Below are positions 29,774 to 39,243 of a stretch of 64,000 nt of DNA, in pieces. The notes below the pieces were generated by a model that saw only the letters and a list, made by a program, of their open reading frames with translations, did no database searches and had not been told where the DNA came from. Location: NCBI GenBank assembly GCA_000092065.1, contig CP000588.1; one strand, given 5' to 3'. The number at the start of each line of letters is the position of its first letter. Position 1 is the stretch's first letter. A program made the translations under genes and the position numbers. This DNA is from Ostreococcus lucimarinus. Taxonomy: Eukaryota.

Positions 29774-31510
29774 ATGCGTCGCGCGTCTCTCGCGTGCGCG
29801 CATCTCGCTCGACTTCGCGCCGCACACGCGCGAAGCGCGTCCGTCGTCTTCGGAGCGTCGTCGTCATCCGAGACGCCGTCGAGCGCGCGCGCCGCGCGCG
29901 CGAATTCATCCGCCGCCATGCCCGAAGCCGACGCGACAAAAACGACGAACGACGGCGATCTGGACGCGCGCGCGACGGCGGCGCACGCGGCATCGACGTC
30001 TGCGACGCTCCCGCGCGAGTTTCGATTCCGTGCGGTGAACGACGACGCGGACGAACCACCGCACGAAGCGCGCCGCGCGCCCCCGGGGGCGACGGCGAAG
30101 GCGAGAGGGTTTGCGTTCTTCGAGGCGCTCGGGAATCCCCGATACCACGTCGCGCCCATGGTCGATCAGAGCGAACTCGCGTTTCGAGAGTTGTGTAAAC
30201 GATACGGGGCGACGCTGGGATACACGCCGATGATACACGCTCGTTTGTTCGTGGAGTCTCCAAAGTATCGACGGGAGATTTTTAGCACGTCGACGCGCGA
30301 CAGGCCGTTGTTGGCACAGTTTTGCGCGAACGATCCCGAGATATTGCTTCGCGCGGCGACCATGATCGCACCGTATTGCGATGGGGTTGATATTAATTTT
30401 GGATGTCCGCAAAGAATCGCGAAAAGAGGGAACTATGGGGCGTTTTTGATGGACGATTGGAAGACGGTGGAGGCGTTGATTCGTAAACTCGATGAAGAGT
30501 TGCCCGTGCCCGTCACGGCGAAGATTCGCGTGTACGATGACTTAGAGACAACGTTGAAGTACGCCAAGATGGTTGAAGCTGCCGGGGCACAGATTGTTGC
30601 CGTGCACGGACGAACGCGCGAGCAGAAGCGATGCGCTGACATTCGAGCGAATTGGTAAGTCATTCGGTGCAAATGCACCGCTTACGTGATTTTTCTTTCC
30701 ACTCGCGATTCTCACGACTTGGCGGTTCCGGTGACGACAAAACATAAAAATACACCATAGATCTGTTCCGAACAAATCTTGACGACAAAAACATGCACCA
30801 CTAACTGAGGAACCGCCGCGAGTATCGTGACTTTTTTACGTGGCGACAACGTCCGCGAATCGCGCGACGCCGATATTGACCGAATGTTTTCCTTCTTCCT
30901 TCGCAGGGCGTATATCAGGGCCATCAAAGACGCACTGAAAGTTCCAGTACTCGCTAACGGCGACATACGCTCGCTTGCCGAAGCACGCGCATGTCTTGAG
31001 GCTACAGGCGCGGATGGCGTCTTGAGCGCCGAACCCCTCTTGAGCAATCCGGCGCTCTTTAGCGACCCCCCGTTTTACGCTGCGCCGACGGACGGATACG
31101 CCCCGATCCCGCTCGATGGCGTCGCGGCGGTTGATTTGATGATTGAGTATTTCGACATCTGCAAGTCGTACACGACGTCATTTAGTTACATTCGTGGCCA
31201 CGTGTGGAAACTCGTCGGTCACTGGATGAGCGAGTTTACTGATTTGCGCGACGAATTCGTCGCCATCAAGTCGCCAGACATGGACACCCTCATCGCCTGG
31301 GGCATGAAGATGCGAACTAGAATCGAAGAGTTGGAGCGCACGACCGGACGGCGTCGCCCGATCCCGGTGAAAACTGAACGCGCGCTCGCGCGCGAAGCCG
31401 CGGAGGCGGCCAAGCAAGCCGCGATTGAGGAATCGCAGCGCGAGGAGGACGCTTTGCGAGGTACGTTGAGCGATGTCGACCGCATAGAAGTGACGCGACG
31501 CAACGCGTAA
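29774..31510 (+). CDS. tRNA-dihydrouridine synthase (Dus1-like), two exons (29774..30654 and 30907..31510)
   Basis: Exon 1: YHVAPMVDQSELAFRELCKRYGATLGYTPMIHARLF...VDINFGCPQRIAKRGNYGAFLM...VPVTAKIRVY...VAVHGRTREQKRCADIRANW. Exon 2 continues in phase (W|AYIRAIKDALKVPVLANGDIRSLAEA...DGVLSAEPLLSNPALF). The ORF track breaks at RANW-stop only because of the intron. Confidence 0.8.
30655..30906 (+). other. Spliceosomal intron (252 nt) in the Dus gene
   Basis: Donor TTG|GTAAGT at 30655. Pyrimidine tract plus TTCGCAG| acceptor ending at 30906. Branch-like TTGAC about 28 nt upstream. Splicing restores the Dus frame exactly (phase 2: TG|G gives Trp). The intron is AT-richer than its flanks. Confidence 0.65.
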
Positions 31511-32055
31511 ACGGCAGATGAGGATAAACAACAGATAGGGACATCTTACGCGCGAGAATGATGCGAAGTCTGGTCACCTCGATGGAGACATCGACGGTCC
31601 GCCGATGCCGAATTGAATGAGATCGCGATGGGGACTCGCATCGAGAAGGATGAAACGACACTGACCGACGCGTCGCACTTCGCGCTCGCAGAGATAAACA
31701 CCGGCCACGAATTAGCCGTCGATCTCCCCGCGGACGCGAATAAGCGCCAAAAAGTTGCCGATCTCGCGTGACGCGCGGGTCGCGAATGTAACAATGACTC
31801 ACCGTATTGAACAAAACTCGCGCGCCGCACATCGCACCTCGCCATGTCGAACGCCGACCCCACCACTGCCCATCAACCACCCAGTAAACTACCAAGAGTA
31901 AACACCGCGTGTTACCATCAAAGAGCTCATTTTTGTTGCTTCATCTCCGTCATCGCGCTTCTTTTGCTGTTTGTTTGCCTCGCTGTGTGTGTGTTTAGCC
32001 GACGGTGTTGACGACGCCGCGCCGAGCGCGGGACATCAAACCACGACGCGTTCCC

Positions 32056-32604
32056 ATGAGTGTCTCCACGAGCGCGCACGCGTCTACTTGGCGCGAGGAA
32101 AAGCATGAACACGCCAAGGACGTCGCCAGGGCATTGCGCGCGCGATGTCTTGAACGAAACATAGACAGCATTTTTGAGTTGGACGAGTTCACCGACGAGG
32201 CGTTGTTCACGCAGCTCGGCGAGAGCTTACTCGGCGCGAGCGGGCGAGTCCCGGCGAAATCGTTCAAGCACAGCGCCCACTTCAAAAGCATCGTGAAGCA
32301 CGAGTACGATGCGATGTACGGGGACGTTCGCGAGTCGAAGAGCGACAGCGAAGAGTTGGCGTCGCCGCGAAAGTCGCCGCCGACGCGAACGTCCCCGAGA
32401 CGTCGACGCGAAGACACGACGACGGTGTTCGAGCGTTGGAAGGCGCGACTTCGAGTGTTAGAGGACGTGATAACGTTTGTGGCTCTCCTTGCGGTGTGTT
32501 TTGTCGCTGGAATATTGCTTTGCGACGTTTGCGAGAATCATTTCCAAGAGCTCGCGAAACCGGCGACGAGGGAAGACGACGCGTCTCCGTTCGCGACGCC
32601 GTAG
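32056..32604 (+). CDS. Hypothetical protein with a C-terminal transmembrane helix (tail-anchored?)
   Basis: MSVSTSAHASTWREEKHEH...RWKARLRVLEDVITFVALLAVCFVAGILLCDVCENHF; no recognised domain. Confidence 0.3.
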   Translation: MSVSTSAHASTWREEKHEHAKDVARALRARCLERNIDSIFELDEFTDEALFTQLGESLLGASGRVPAKSFKHSAHFKSIVKHEYDAMYGDVRESKSDSEELASPRKSPPTRTSPRRRREDTTTVFERWKARLRVLEDVITFVALLAVCFVAGILLCDVCENHFQELAKPATREDDASPFATP

Positions 32605-32723
32605 ACCGCGACGCGCGCACTCGGCGCGACCGACGACGACGATCGAAACGACGCAAGAATAGATTGAAACGCGAGTGAACGAACGACTGTAGGCGTGGTG
32701 AGGGACGACGAGGTGCGGCACGT

Positions 32724-32927
32724 ATGCAAACGAAGGGGACGACGCAGCGAGTGGAGCAAAGCGCGTGTCGAAAAGAGTCCCAGCTCGCCCTCGCGTGCGC
32801 GTCTAGTCAGCCGCCAGAGAATAAGTCCGCGTGCGACGCATTGTTTCAGTCGTACAAAGATTGCCGAAAGCTGGACCTCGAGCGCGTGATACGCGAACGG
32901 GTGGAGAAGAGGAAGAGCGCTTTTTGA
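32724..32927 (+). CDS. Twin-Cx9C (CHCH) micro-protein, TRIAP1/Mdm35-like
   Basis: 67 aa with C-RKESQLALA-C and C-DALFQSYKD-C, i.e. two exact Cx9C pairs. The second pair resembles TRIAP1 C-TDLFKRYQQ-C. It ends in a basic tail ERVIRERVEKRK. Confidence 0.4.
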   Translation: MQTKGTTQRVEQSACRKESQLALACASSQPPENKSACDALFQSYKDCRKLDLERVIRERVEKRKSAF

Positions 32928-32982
32928 GCAATTGCTCGAGGGACGCGTTAGTCGCCGTCGAAAAACCGCTGGTTGGAACAGT

Positions 32983-33864
32983 ATGCGTCGAGTCGCGAGT
33001 GCGGAGCGCGTGGTCGTCGCGGCGATGCGCGCGCGGTGCGCGGAGACGTCTCTGAAAGCGAGAACGAGGTGCGCGAGGTGCGCGAGCGGGACGGCGGACC
33101 CGCCGCCTCGAGTGTTCGCGGCGCCGCCAGCCGCGCCGGGGGATGAAGATTGGAAAAACATGACAATTTTGATGGATAAACCTCAGAAGTACACGTCGTT
33201 TGACGTCGTGGCGCGCGTGCGGCGGTTGAGCAGGGAGAGAGGGGTCAAGAAAGTTGGACACTGCGGCACGCTCGATCCCATGGCGACCGGATTGTTGATT
33301 TTATGCGTTGGCAAGGCGACGAAGAGCGTGGAGGAGTACTCGGGGATGGATAAGACGTACACTGGTACCATTAAGTTGGGTGAAGGGACGCCGTCGCAGG
33401 ACGCGGACGAAGAAGTGAACGAACGCGAACCTTGGGAACACGTCACGGACGTCGAACTACGTGAGGGCGCGCGCAAACTCACAGGCGCGATCAAGCAGTT
33501 ACCACCGATGTATTCAGCAATCAAGGTGAACGGAAAACGTCTGTATAAATCTGCCAGAGAAGGTGTCGAGGTCGAGCGCAAGCACCGAGACGTGGTGATT
33601 CACGAATTCGAAGTCGAGCGAGACGCGGAGGACGCACAAATCGTACACTTTTCCGCACACGTCTCCAAGGGCACTTACGTGCGCACGTTGGCGTACGATT
33701 TGTGTAAAAGTCTCGGCACGACAGGTCACTTAACGGCGCTTCGCAGGACAAAGATCGGGAGTGAGTTTGACGTGGAAGACGCGTGGACAATCGAGCAGTT
33801 GGCTGAAGCTTGTGGGGAGGATCCGTCAAAGTTCAAAAAAACTCCAAAAAAGGAGAGCTCTTAA
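32983..33864 (+). CDS. tRNA pseudouridine-55 synthase (TruB/Pus4 family)
   Basis: VGHCGTLDPMATGLLILCVGKATK (catalytic Asp motif), YTGTIKLGEGTPSQD, LPPMYSAIKVNGKRLYKSAREG, KGTYVRTLAYDL. The ORF opens at 32932, only 5 bp after the previous gene's stop. The start could be 32983 (MRRVASAERVVVAAMRAR, presequence-like) or 33160 (MTILMDKPQKYTSF). Confidence 0.8.
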   Translation: MRRVASAERVVVAAMRARCAETSLKARTRCARCASGTADPPPRVFAAPPAAPGDEDWKNMTILMDKPQKYTSFDVVARVRRLSRERGVKKVGHCGTLDPMATGLLILCVGKATKSVEEYSGMDKTYTGTIKLGEGTPSQDADEEVNEREPWEHVTDVELREGARKLTGAIKQLPPMYSAIKVNGKRLYKSAREGVEVERKHRDVVIHEFEVERDAEDAQIVHFSAHVSKGTYVRTLAYDLCKSLGTTGHLTALRRTKIGSEFDVEDAWTIEQLAEACGEDPSKFKKTPKKESS

Positions 33865-33954
33865 TCGCAATTGATAATCGCGACTGATTTTACAAAACGT
33901 TTAGGCTACTAATGGTACGTAGGTGTTGATGTTGTACATGATACATGTGAGTTT

Positions 33955-35409
33955 TCAGATGACGAGCGCCATGCTAATCTTGTGCTCGCGGCAGAGCGTC
34001 GCGGGATCTCGAACTACGCACACGCGCACGCGCTTCTTGTCTCCGGCGTTATACACGCGATATATATGATAATCCACGCTTGGTTTCGTCGCAAAATCCC
34101 ATTCCCAAGGTGAAATCTCAAATGCGTTTTTATCGTCGAAACGCGTCGACTTGACCTCTACGAAAGTCACGCGCCCAGTGGCAACGTCGGTGACTTTGAT
34201 GTCGTAAAAACTGTTCGTCTCGCCTTCCGCGTTCAACCACTCGACGAGATGATTCTCTCGCGCGGGGTACGATGCGAGTAGGTATTGATACACAAGCGCT
34301 TCGCCCCATCGACCGACGGCGCGCGTATCGCACGCGTCTACTTCTTCCCACCAAGGTACGAAACGCGAGACGCCTGGGATCGCGTCTTCGCCTCGGCTCG
34401 ATGCCTCCTTCGGCGCGCGCAACCTTCCTTCCCATTCGTAACGATCCTCGACCCGGAAACGAATTCCCGTCGACGCGTTCTCTTCGCGCGCCGCCGGTTC
34501 GTCGTCGACGCGCACGACGCTCACGCTCGGTGCGCGCTCTCGCTTGCCGCGCTTCGTTGCCGGCGCGTCCTCGTCGGCTCTCTCGTCGACGACGTCTGCG
34601 CCCTCCTCCTTCTCTACCTCCTCCTCAAAACATTTCGCGCGGTACTTCGAACCTCCCATATGCAACATCGCGTACTCTGCCATCACTGTCGCGCGCTCGC
34701 TCGCCGACAGCTCGTCCATGATCGTCTCCACCGCCTTGCGCGCCTTGCCGAAGGATGGCTTCCAAACCGTCGTCGCCGACGACCCACCCGCCAACGTCTC
34801 GTACACCTTCCTCAGCGCGTTCTTCGTCTCCTCGCGCGTCGGTTCGACCAACTTCGGCGTGTTCAATCGCCGCAACCGATTCCCCGCGCGCGCCGCGCGT
34901 TTCGCTGCGATCGCCGCCTCCGAAGCCGCCGCCTCCGCTTCGCTCGCCGCGCGCCTCTCTCGCGCCAACGTCATCGACTCCGCGTGTCTCTCCGCCATCG
35001 CCGACACGCGCGCGTAAAACGCATCATCACCACCGCTCCCATCGCCATCGCGCCTTTCGTCGCCATGGCGTCGCGTCGCCTTCGCGAACGTCCATCGTTC
35101 GCCGCGCTTCGCCGGCGGCGCGCCCGCCGCCGCCAATCCCTCCCTCGTCGCCCGCAGCGCGTCCACGTCCAGCGCCCGAGAGAAATCCTCCAGCGCCACG
35201 TCGCGCGCGTCCGGCAGCGGTATTTCCTCGCTCTCCGTCGCGCGCTCGGCGCGTTCGCCCGCGGCGCGCGTGAACGCGCGCAGCGCGTGCGTCAAATCCG
35301 CCACCAGCTCATCCCTCGTCCCGGTCGATTTACGCGCGAACCACGCCTTGGCGTACGTCTCCGCGATGTCCATCAGTCGAGGATTCGGTCTCGACGCCTC
35401 GCGCGCCAT
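33955..35409 (-). CDS. DUF3883 (NO VEIN C-terminal / PD-(D/E)xK-like) domain protein with a coiled-coil, low-complexity N-terminal half
   Basis: C-terminus: VGRWGEALVYQYLLASY...HLVEWLNAEGETNSFYDIKVTDVATGRVTFVEVKSTRFDDKNAFEISPWEWDFA...YHIYRVYN. The D...EVK core matches a restriction-endonuclease-like fold. The ORF continues upstream to 36189 but there overlaps the importin start, so the ATG at 35409 (MAREASRPNP) is the preferred start. Confidence 0.5.
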   Translation of the reverse strand: MAREASRPNPRLMDIAETYAKAWFARKSTGTRDELVADLTHALRAFTRAAGERAERATESEEIPLPDARDVALEDFSRALDVDALRATREGLAAAGAPPAKRGERWTFAKATRRHGDERRDGDGSGGDDAFYARVSAMAERHAESMTLARERRAASEAEAAASEAAIAAKRAARAGNRLRRLNTPKLVEPTREETKNALRKVYETLAGGSSATTVWKPSFGKARKAVETIMDELSASERATVMAEYAMLHMGGSKYRAKCFEEEVEKEEGADVVDERADEDAPATKRGKRERAPSVSVVRVDDEPAAREENASTGIRFRVEDRYEWEGRLRAPKEASSRGEDAIPGVSRFVPWWEEVDACDTRAVGRWGEALVYQYLLASYPARENHLVEWLNAEGETNSFYDIKVTDVATGRVTFVEVKSTRFDDKNAFEISPWEWDFATKPSVDYHIYRVYNAGDKKRVRVCVVRDPATLCREHKISMALVI

Positions 35410-35637
35410 CGCGGCGTCCGCGCGCGTCGCGCGTCGCGCACTGCGACGCGTTTGAAGATTCAAAAGTGACTCCACGCGTTCAAACGGCGTCGACTGCGCG
35501 GCAGTCCACGGCGCGTGCGCGTCCGCGCGCGCGCATCGCGACGCTCGGGACGATCGGTCGCGTTCGCGAGCGCGTTCGCGAGCGCGCGCGGGGCGCGATT
35601 CGGTCGAGGCGCGACGCGAACGCTTCGGGACGTCGAC

Positions 35638-38600
35638 ATGCGGGCGGATGAAGTCGCGCGGTGCCTGGCCGAGACGCTCTCGCCCGACGCCGTCGCGCGC
35701 GCCGAGGCGCAGCGCGCGATCGAGCGCATGGGAGGCGAACCGGGGTTCGCGGAGACGCTGGCGTCGATCGCGCTGCGCGGCGTCGAGGGCGCGGTGGTGG
35801 ACATCAGCACGAGACAGCTGAGCGCGGTGCTGCTGAAGAAACACGTGCGAGAACACTGGAACGCGCTGGATGAAAGGTTCGTCGCGCCGGAATTGACGGA
35901 AGCGGAGAAGCAAGGGTTGAAAACAGTGCTCCCGAAGGGACTGGCGGATGAGTCGAGCAAGATGCGCACGGCGTTCGCGGCGGGGATCGCGCAGGCGGCG
36001 GCGAGCGACGGCGCGATTTGGGACGAGCTGACGACGACGTTGGTGGAAGGAATACGAGCGAAACGATCGAGGTCGGAGGTTTTGGGGTGCTTGAAGTGTT
36101 ATGAGATTATTGCGGGGGAGATTGACGCGAAGGATGTCGCCACGGTGGGGCCGACGTTGTTTCCAGAGTTGTTGACGCTGGCGAGGCACGGAGAGGACGG
36201 CGCGCTACGGAGGCGAGCGGAAACGGCGTTTTCGTCGACAGTGAGCGCGTTGACCACGCTCACGGGGACGGAGCAAAAGGAAATGCGAGACATGTTGTTA
36301 CCGTATTTGCCCACGTGGTTGGAGACCGTAGCGATCGCGTTGGAGGGAATGCCGAATCCGAACAATTTCGACGCGTTGGCTTCGACCATGGCGGCGCTCA
36401 CGAGTCTCGCGCTCGCGGTGCAGTACTTTACCAAGCCCGCGGGCGAGGCGCTGATGCCGGCTTTATCCCGTGGGGCGATAATGTTTCACACCATAGCGCC
36501 AGTTTGGGCGAAATACTCAGAGGAGACGGATCACTTGGATCCGGGCATGGATAGCGACGGCGACACGGTGAGTTTCGAGGCGGTGGTCACAGAACTCCTG
36601 GAGCTCGTCATCAACATCGCGGAGCAGCCTAAGTTGAATAAGCTGCTCGAGCCGAATTTAGCGGATACGTTGTACGTCACGATGGGTTACATGACGATGA
36701 GCTCATCGCAAGAGGAGATGTGGATGGATGATCCGAACCAGTTCGTCGCGGACGAGGACGACGATTTCGGCAATGTGCGTGCCGCGTGCGGTCTCATGCT
36801 TGATTCTCTCGGAGAAAGATTCGGCGTAAAGGCGGTCGCTGCGCTCTGGAACGCATCAAATAGACGATTGGCGGAGTCCATATCGGCGCAACAAACCGGT
36901 GACTCGATGTGGTGGCGACCGCGAGAAGCGGCGCTCCTCGCCGTGGGCACGATGAACGAGGTCGTCTTGTCGAGCCTGGAGCGCGCGCAAGAAAAGGGCA
37001 AACCCGCACCTTTCGACATCGCCGCTTTCATGAAAACGGTGATTGAGAACGATTTGCACGAGAGCACGGCGGCGTCGGCGCCGTTCTTGCGTGGCCGAGC
37101 GTTGTGGGTCACGGCTCGCCTATCGAGCGGCGTGCCGACGGAGATGGCGGATGCCATTCTCAGAGCTTCGGTAAGTTCGCTGGCGCCCGGTTTAGCGCCA
37201 CCACTGCGTATTGGTGCGTGCCGCGCGATCGCTGAGTTTTTACCGATCGCGAAGAAGGAAGTGACGACTCCGTACATTGGTGAAATTTACAAAGGCTTGG
37301 GCAATTTGCTCGTCGACGCCGGCGAAGAGACTCTGCATCTCATTTTAGAAGCCATGCTCGTGCTCATTAAGGCTGACTCCGACGCTGCAGCGGCGTGGTT
37401 GAGCGCACTCGCGCCGGCGGTGGTGAAAATATGGGCGGAGTACGTCCGAGATCCCTTGGTGAGCGCAGATACCACCGAGGTGTTTGAGGCGCTCGCGGAG
37501 ATTCCTGCGTGCCAGGCGCAGTTGCACACCATGCTCGTGCCGACGCTTTCGCACATACTCGCATCGCCGAGCGAACAACCTGAAATGTTAGTGGAGGCGA
37601 CGCTCGATCTATTGACAATCATTCTTCGCCCGGCGTCGCCTGAGACGGCCAAGGCTACGCACGACGTGTGCTTCAAGTACGTGTGCGGTCTCATCATGCA
37701 GAGCGACGACGCCGGCGTGATGCAGGGTGCGTCCGAGACGTTACGCGCATTTCTTCGCGCGGGAAAAGAGAACATGCTCGAGTGGGGTAGTGGTGACCCG
37801 ACCGTGGGCGGTGGCGACGTGTTGCGCGCGATGTTTGAAGCCGCGTCGCGCTTGTTGGATCCAAATTTGGAGGACAGCGCAAGTCTGTACGCGGCACCTT
37901 TGCTGTGTCAAATGCTTCGTCGTTTGCCGACCAAGGTGGGCCCGGTGCTTCGCGATATCACGGCTGCGGTCGTGGCGCGCTTGCGCTCTTCAAAGCAGCC
38001 CAATCTGTCGGCGTCGTTGTTGACGGTGTTCGCGCGCATCGTGCACGTGGACGCCAACGCGTTCATCGAGCTCTTGATGTCGCTTCCGAGCGGCGGTGAC
38101 GAGCCGAACGCGTTCGATTTCGTCATGCGACAGTGGTCAGAGAAGCAATGCGATGTACACGGTTCGTTTGACATCAAGTTGACCACGACCGCGCTCGGTT
38201 TGCTTCTCAACACGCAGAGTCCAGCGTTGCACGCCGTCGTCGTCAAGGGCCAGCTCGTGGAGACGCCCGCGGAGAGCGGCCGCATTCGCACGCGCGCGCG
38301 CGCTCAAGCCAACGGCCCAGAAGTCTGGACCCAAATCCCACTCTCCGCCAAAATAGTCGAACTCTTAGCCGACGTCCTCATCGAGTACGCCGAAGGCATG
38401 GCCGGCGCCGAAGACGACGAAGACGAATGGGAGGAGGAGCGCGACGACGACGAAGACGACCCCGACGACGCCGCAGACGACGACGACTTCACCGGCGAGG
38501 AAAAGGAATTCACCGGCGACTTATTCGAGCGTCTTCTCATGCGCGGCGGTCTCGACGCGTTCGATCCCGACGACGCCGACGAGGCCGAGGATCCCGTGAA

Positions 38601-38733
38601 CGACATCGACGTTCGCGCCTTCGTCGTCGGCGGCTTTCGCGCGCTCCACGCATCCGGCGTCCTCGCCCCGCTCGCGCAGTCCATCGCCACCAGGCACCAG
38701 CGCGCCATTCACGACGCGCTCACGCATCAGTAA
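35638..38733 (+). CDS. Importin-beta family karyopherin (importin-9-like), HEAT/ARM solenoid with an acidic C-terminal insert
   Basis: N-terminal importin-N-like MRADEVARCLAETLSPDAVARAEAQRAIERMGG...ALRGVEGAVVDISTRQLSAVLLKKHVREHW, about 1,000 aa of helical repeats, and an acidic loop EDDEDEWEEERDDDEDDPDDAADDDD. Confidence 0.75.
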   Translation: MRADEVARCLAETLSPDAVARAEAQRAIERMGGEPGFAETLASIALRGVEGAVVDISTRQLSAVLLKKHVREHWNALDERFVAPELTEAEKQGLKTVLPKGLADESSKMRTAFAAGIAQAAASDGAIWDELTTTLVEGIRAKRSRSEVLGCLKCYEIIAGEIDAKDVATVGPTLFPELLTLARHGEDGALRRRAETAFSSTVSALTTLTGTEQKEMRDMLLPYLPTWLETVAIALEGMPNPNNFDALASTMAALTSLALAVQYFTKPAGEALMPALSRGAIMFHTIAPVWAKYSEETDHLDPGMDSDGDTVSFEAVVTELLELVINIAEQPKLNKLLEPNLADTLYVTMGYMTMSSSQEEMWMDDPNQFVADEDDDFGNVRAACGLMLDSLGERFGVKAVAALWNASNRRLAESISAQQTGDSMWWRPREAALLAVGTMNEVVLSSLERAQEKGKPAPFDIAAFMKTVIENDLHESTAASAPFLRGRALWVTARLSSGVPTEMADAILRASVSSLAPGLAPPLRIGACRAIAEFLPIAKKEVTTPYIGEIYKGLGNLLVDAGEETLHLILEAMLVLIKADSDAAAAWLSALAPAVVKIWAEYVRDPLVSADTTEVFEALAEIPACQAQLHTMLVPTLSHILASPSEQPEMLVEATLDLLTIILRPASPETAKATHDVCFKYVCGLIMQSDDAGVMQGASETLRAFLRAGKENMLEWGSGDPTVGGGDVLRAMFEAASRLLDPNLEDSASLYAAPLLCQMLRRLPTKVGPVLRDITAAVVARLRSSKQPNLSASLLTVFARIVHVDANAFIELLMSLPSGGDEPNAFDFVMRQWSEKQCDVHGSFDIKLTTTALGLLLNTQSPALHAVVVKGQLVETPAESGRIRTRARAQANGPEVWTQIPLSAKIVELLADVLIEYAEGMAGAEDDEDEWEEERDDDEDDPDDAADDDDFTGEEKEFTGDLFERLLMRGGLDAFDPDDADEAEDPVNDIDVRAFVVGGFRALHASGVLAPLAQSIATRHQRAIHDALTHQ

Positions 38734-38951
38734 CGCAAATCTTCATTCGCGGTCTCACTCGCGTTCGCCAGCCCTCGTTCGCCTTTGATTCCGCTCCGTT
38801 CGTCGTCGCCGCGCCGCGCCGCGCCGTCCCGCTCGAGCGTCGTCGCCATCCCTCGACCCGTCGTCGTCACACGTCGACCGCGCGCCGACCGACCGCGCGT
38901 CTGCGAGACGCGAACGCGCGCGCGCGTCGTCGTCGTCGTCGCTCGCGCGCG

Positions 38952-39202
38952 ATGCCGCGCGCGCGCGACGCGCGCGGCGTCGCGAACGTCGTCGACGCGG
39001 CGACGTCGCTCGGCACCGCGTCGACGCGCGCGGCGCATCGCGGGGCGTTCGCGGCGGCGCGCGGCGACGCGCGGCGATGGTCGATCGTCGCGCGCGATCG
39101 GGGCGTCGCGCGCGCGCGCGAGACGGGCGGAGACGCGCGCGCGCGCGCGAGGGGGACGGAGACGCGCGCGGCGAGCGGGACGCGCGGGTTCGCGGCGAGC
39201 GG

Positions 39203-39243
<41 letters not shown>

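Noticed and set aside
31546-31866. 106-aa minus ORF in the Dus-to-next-gene intergenic region
   Set aside because: No GC3 bias or motif; more likely 3' UTR or promoter sequence.
38427-38951. N-terminal 175 codons of the LETM1 ORF
   Set aside because: Poly-Arg low complexity that overlaps the 3' end of the importin gene on the same strand. The start was moved to the ATG at 38952.
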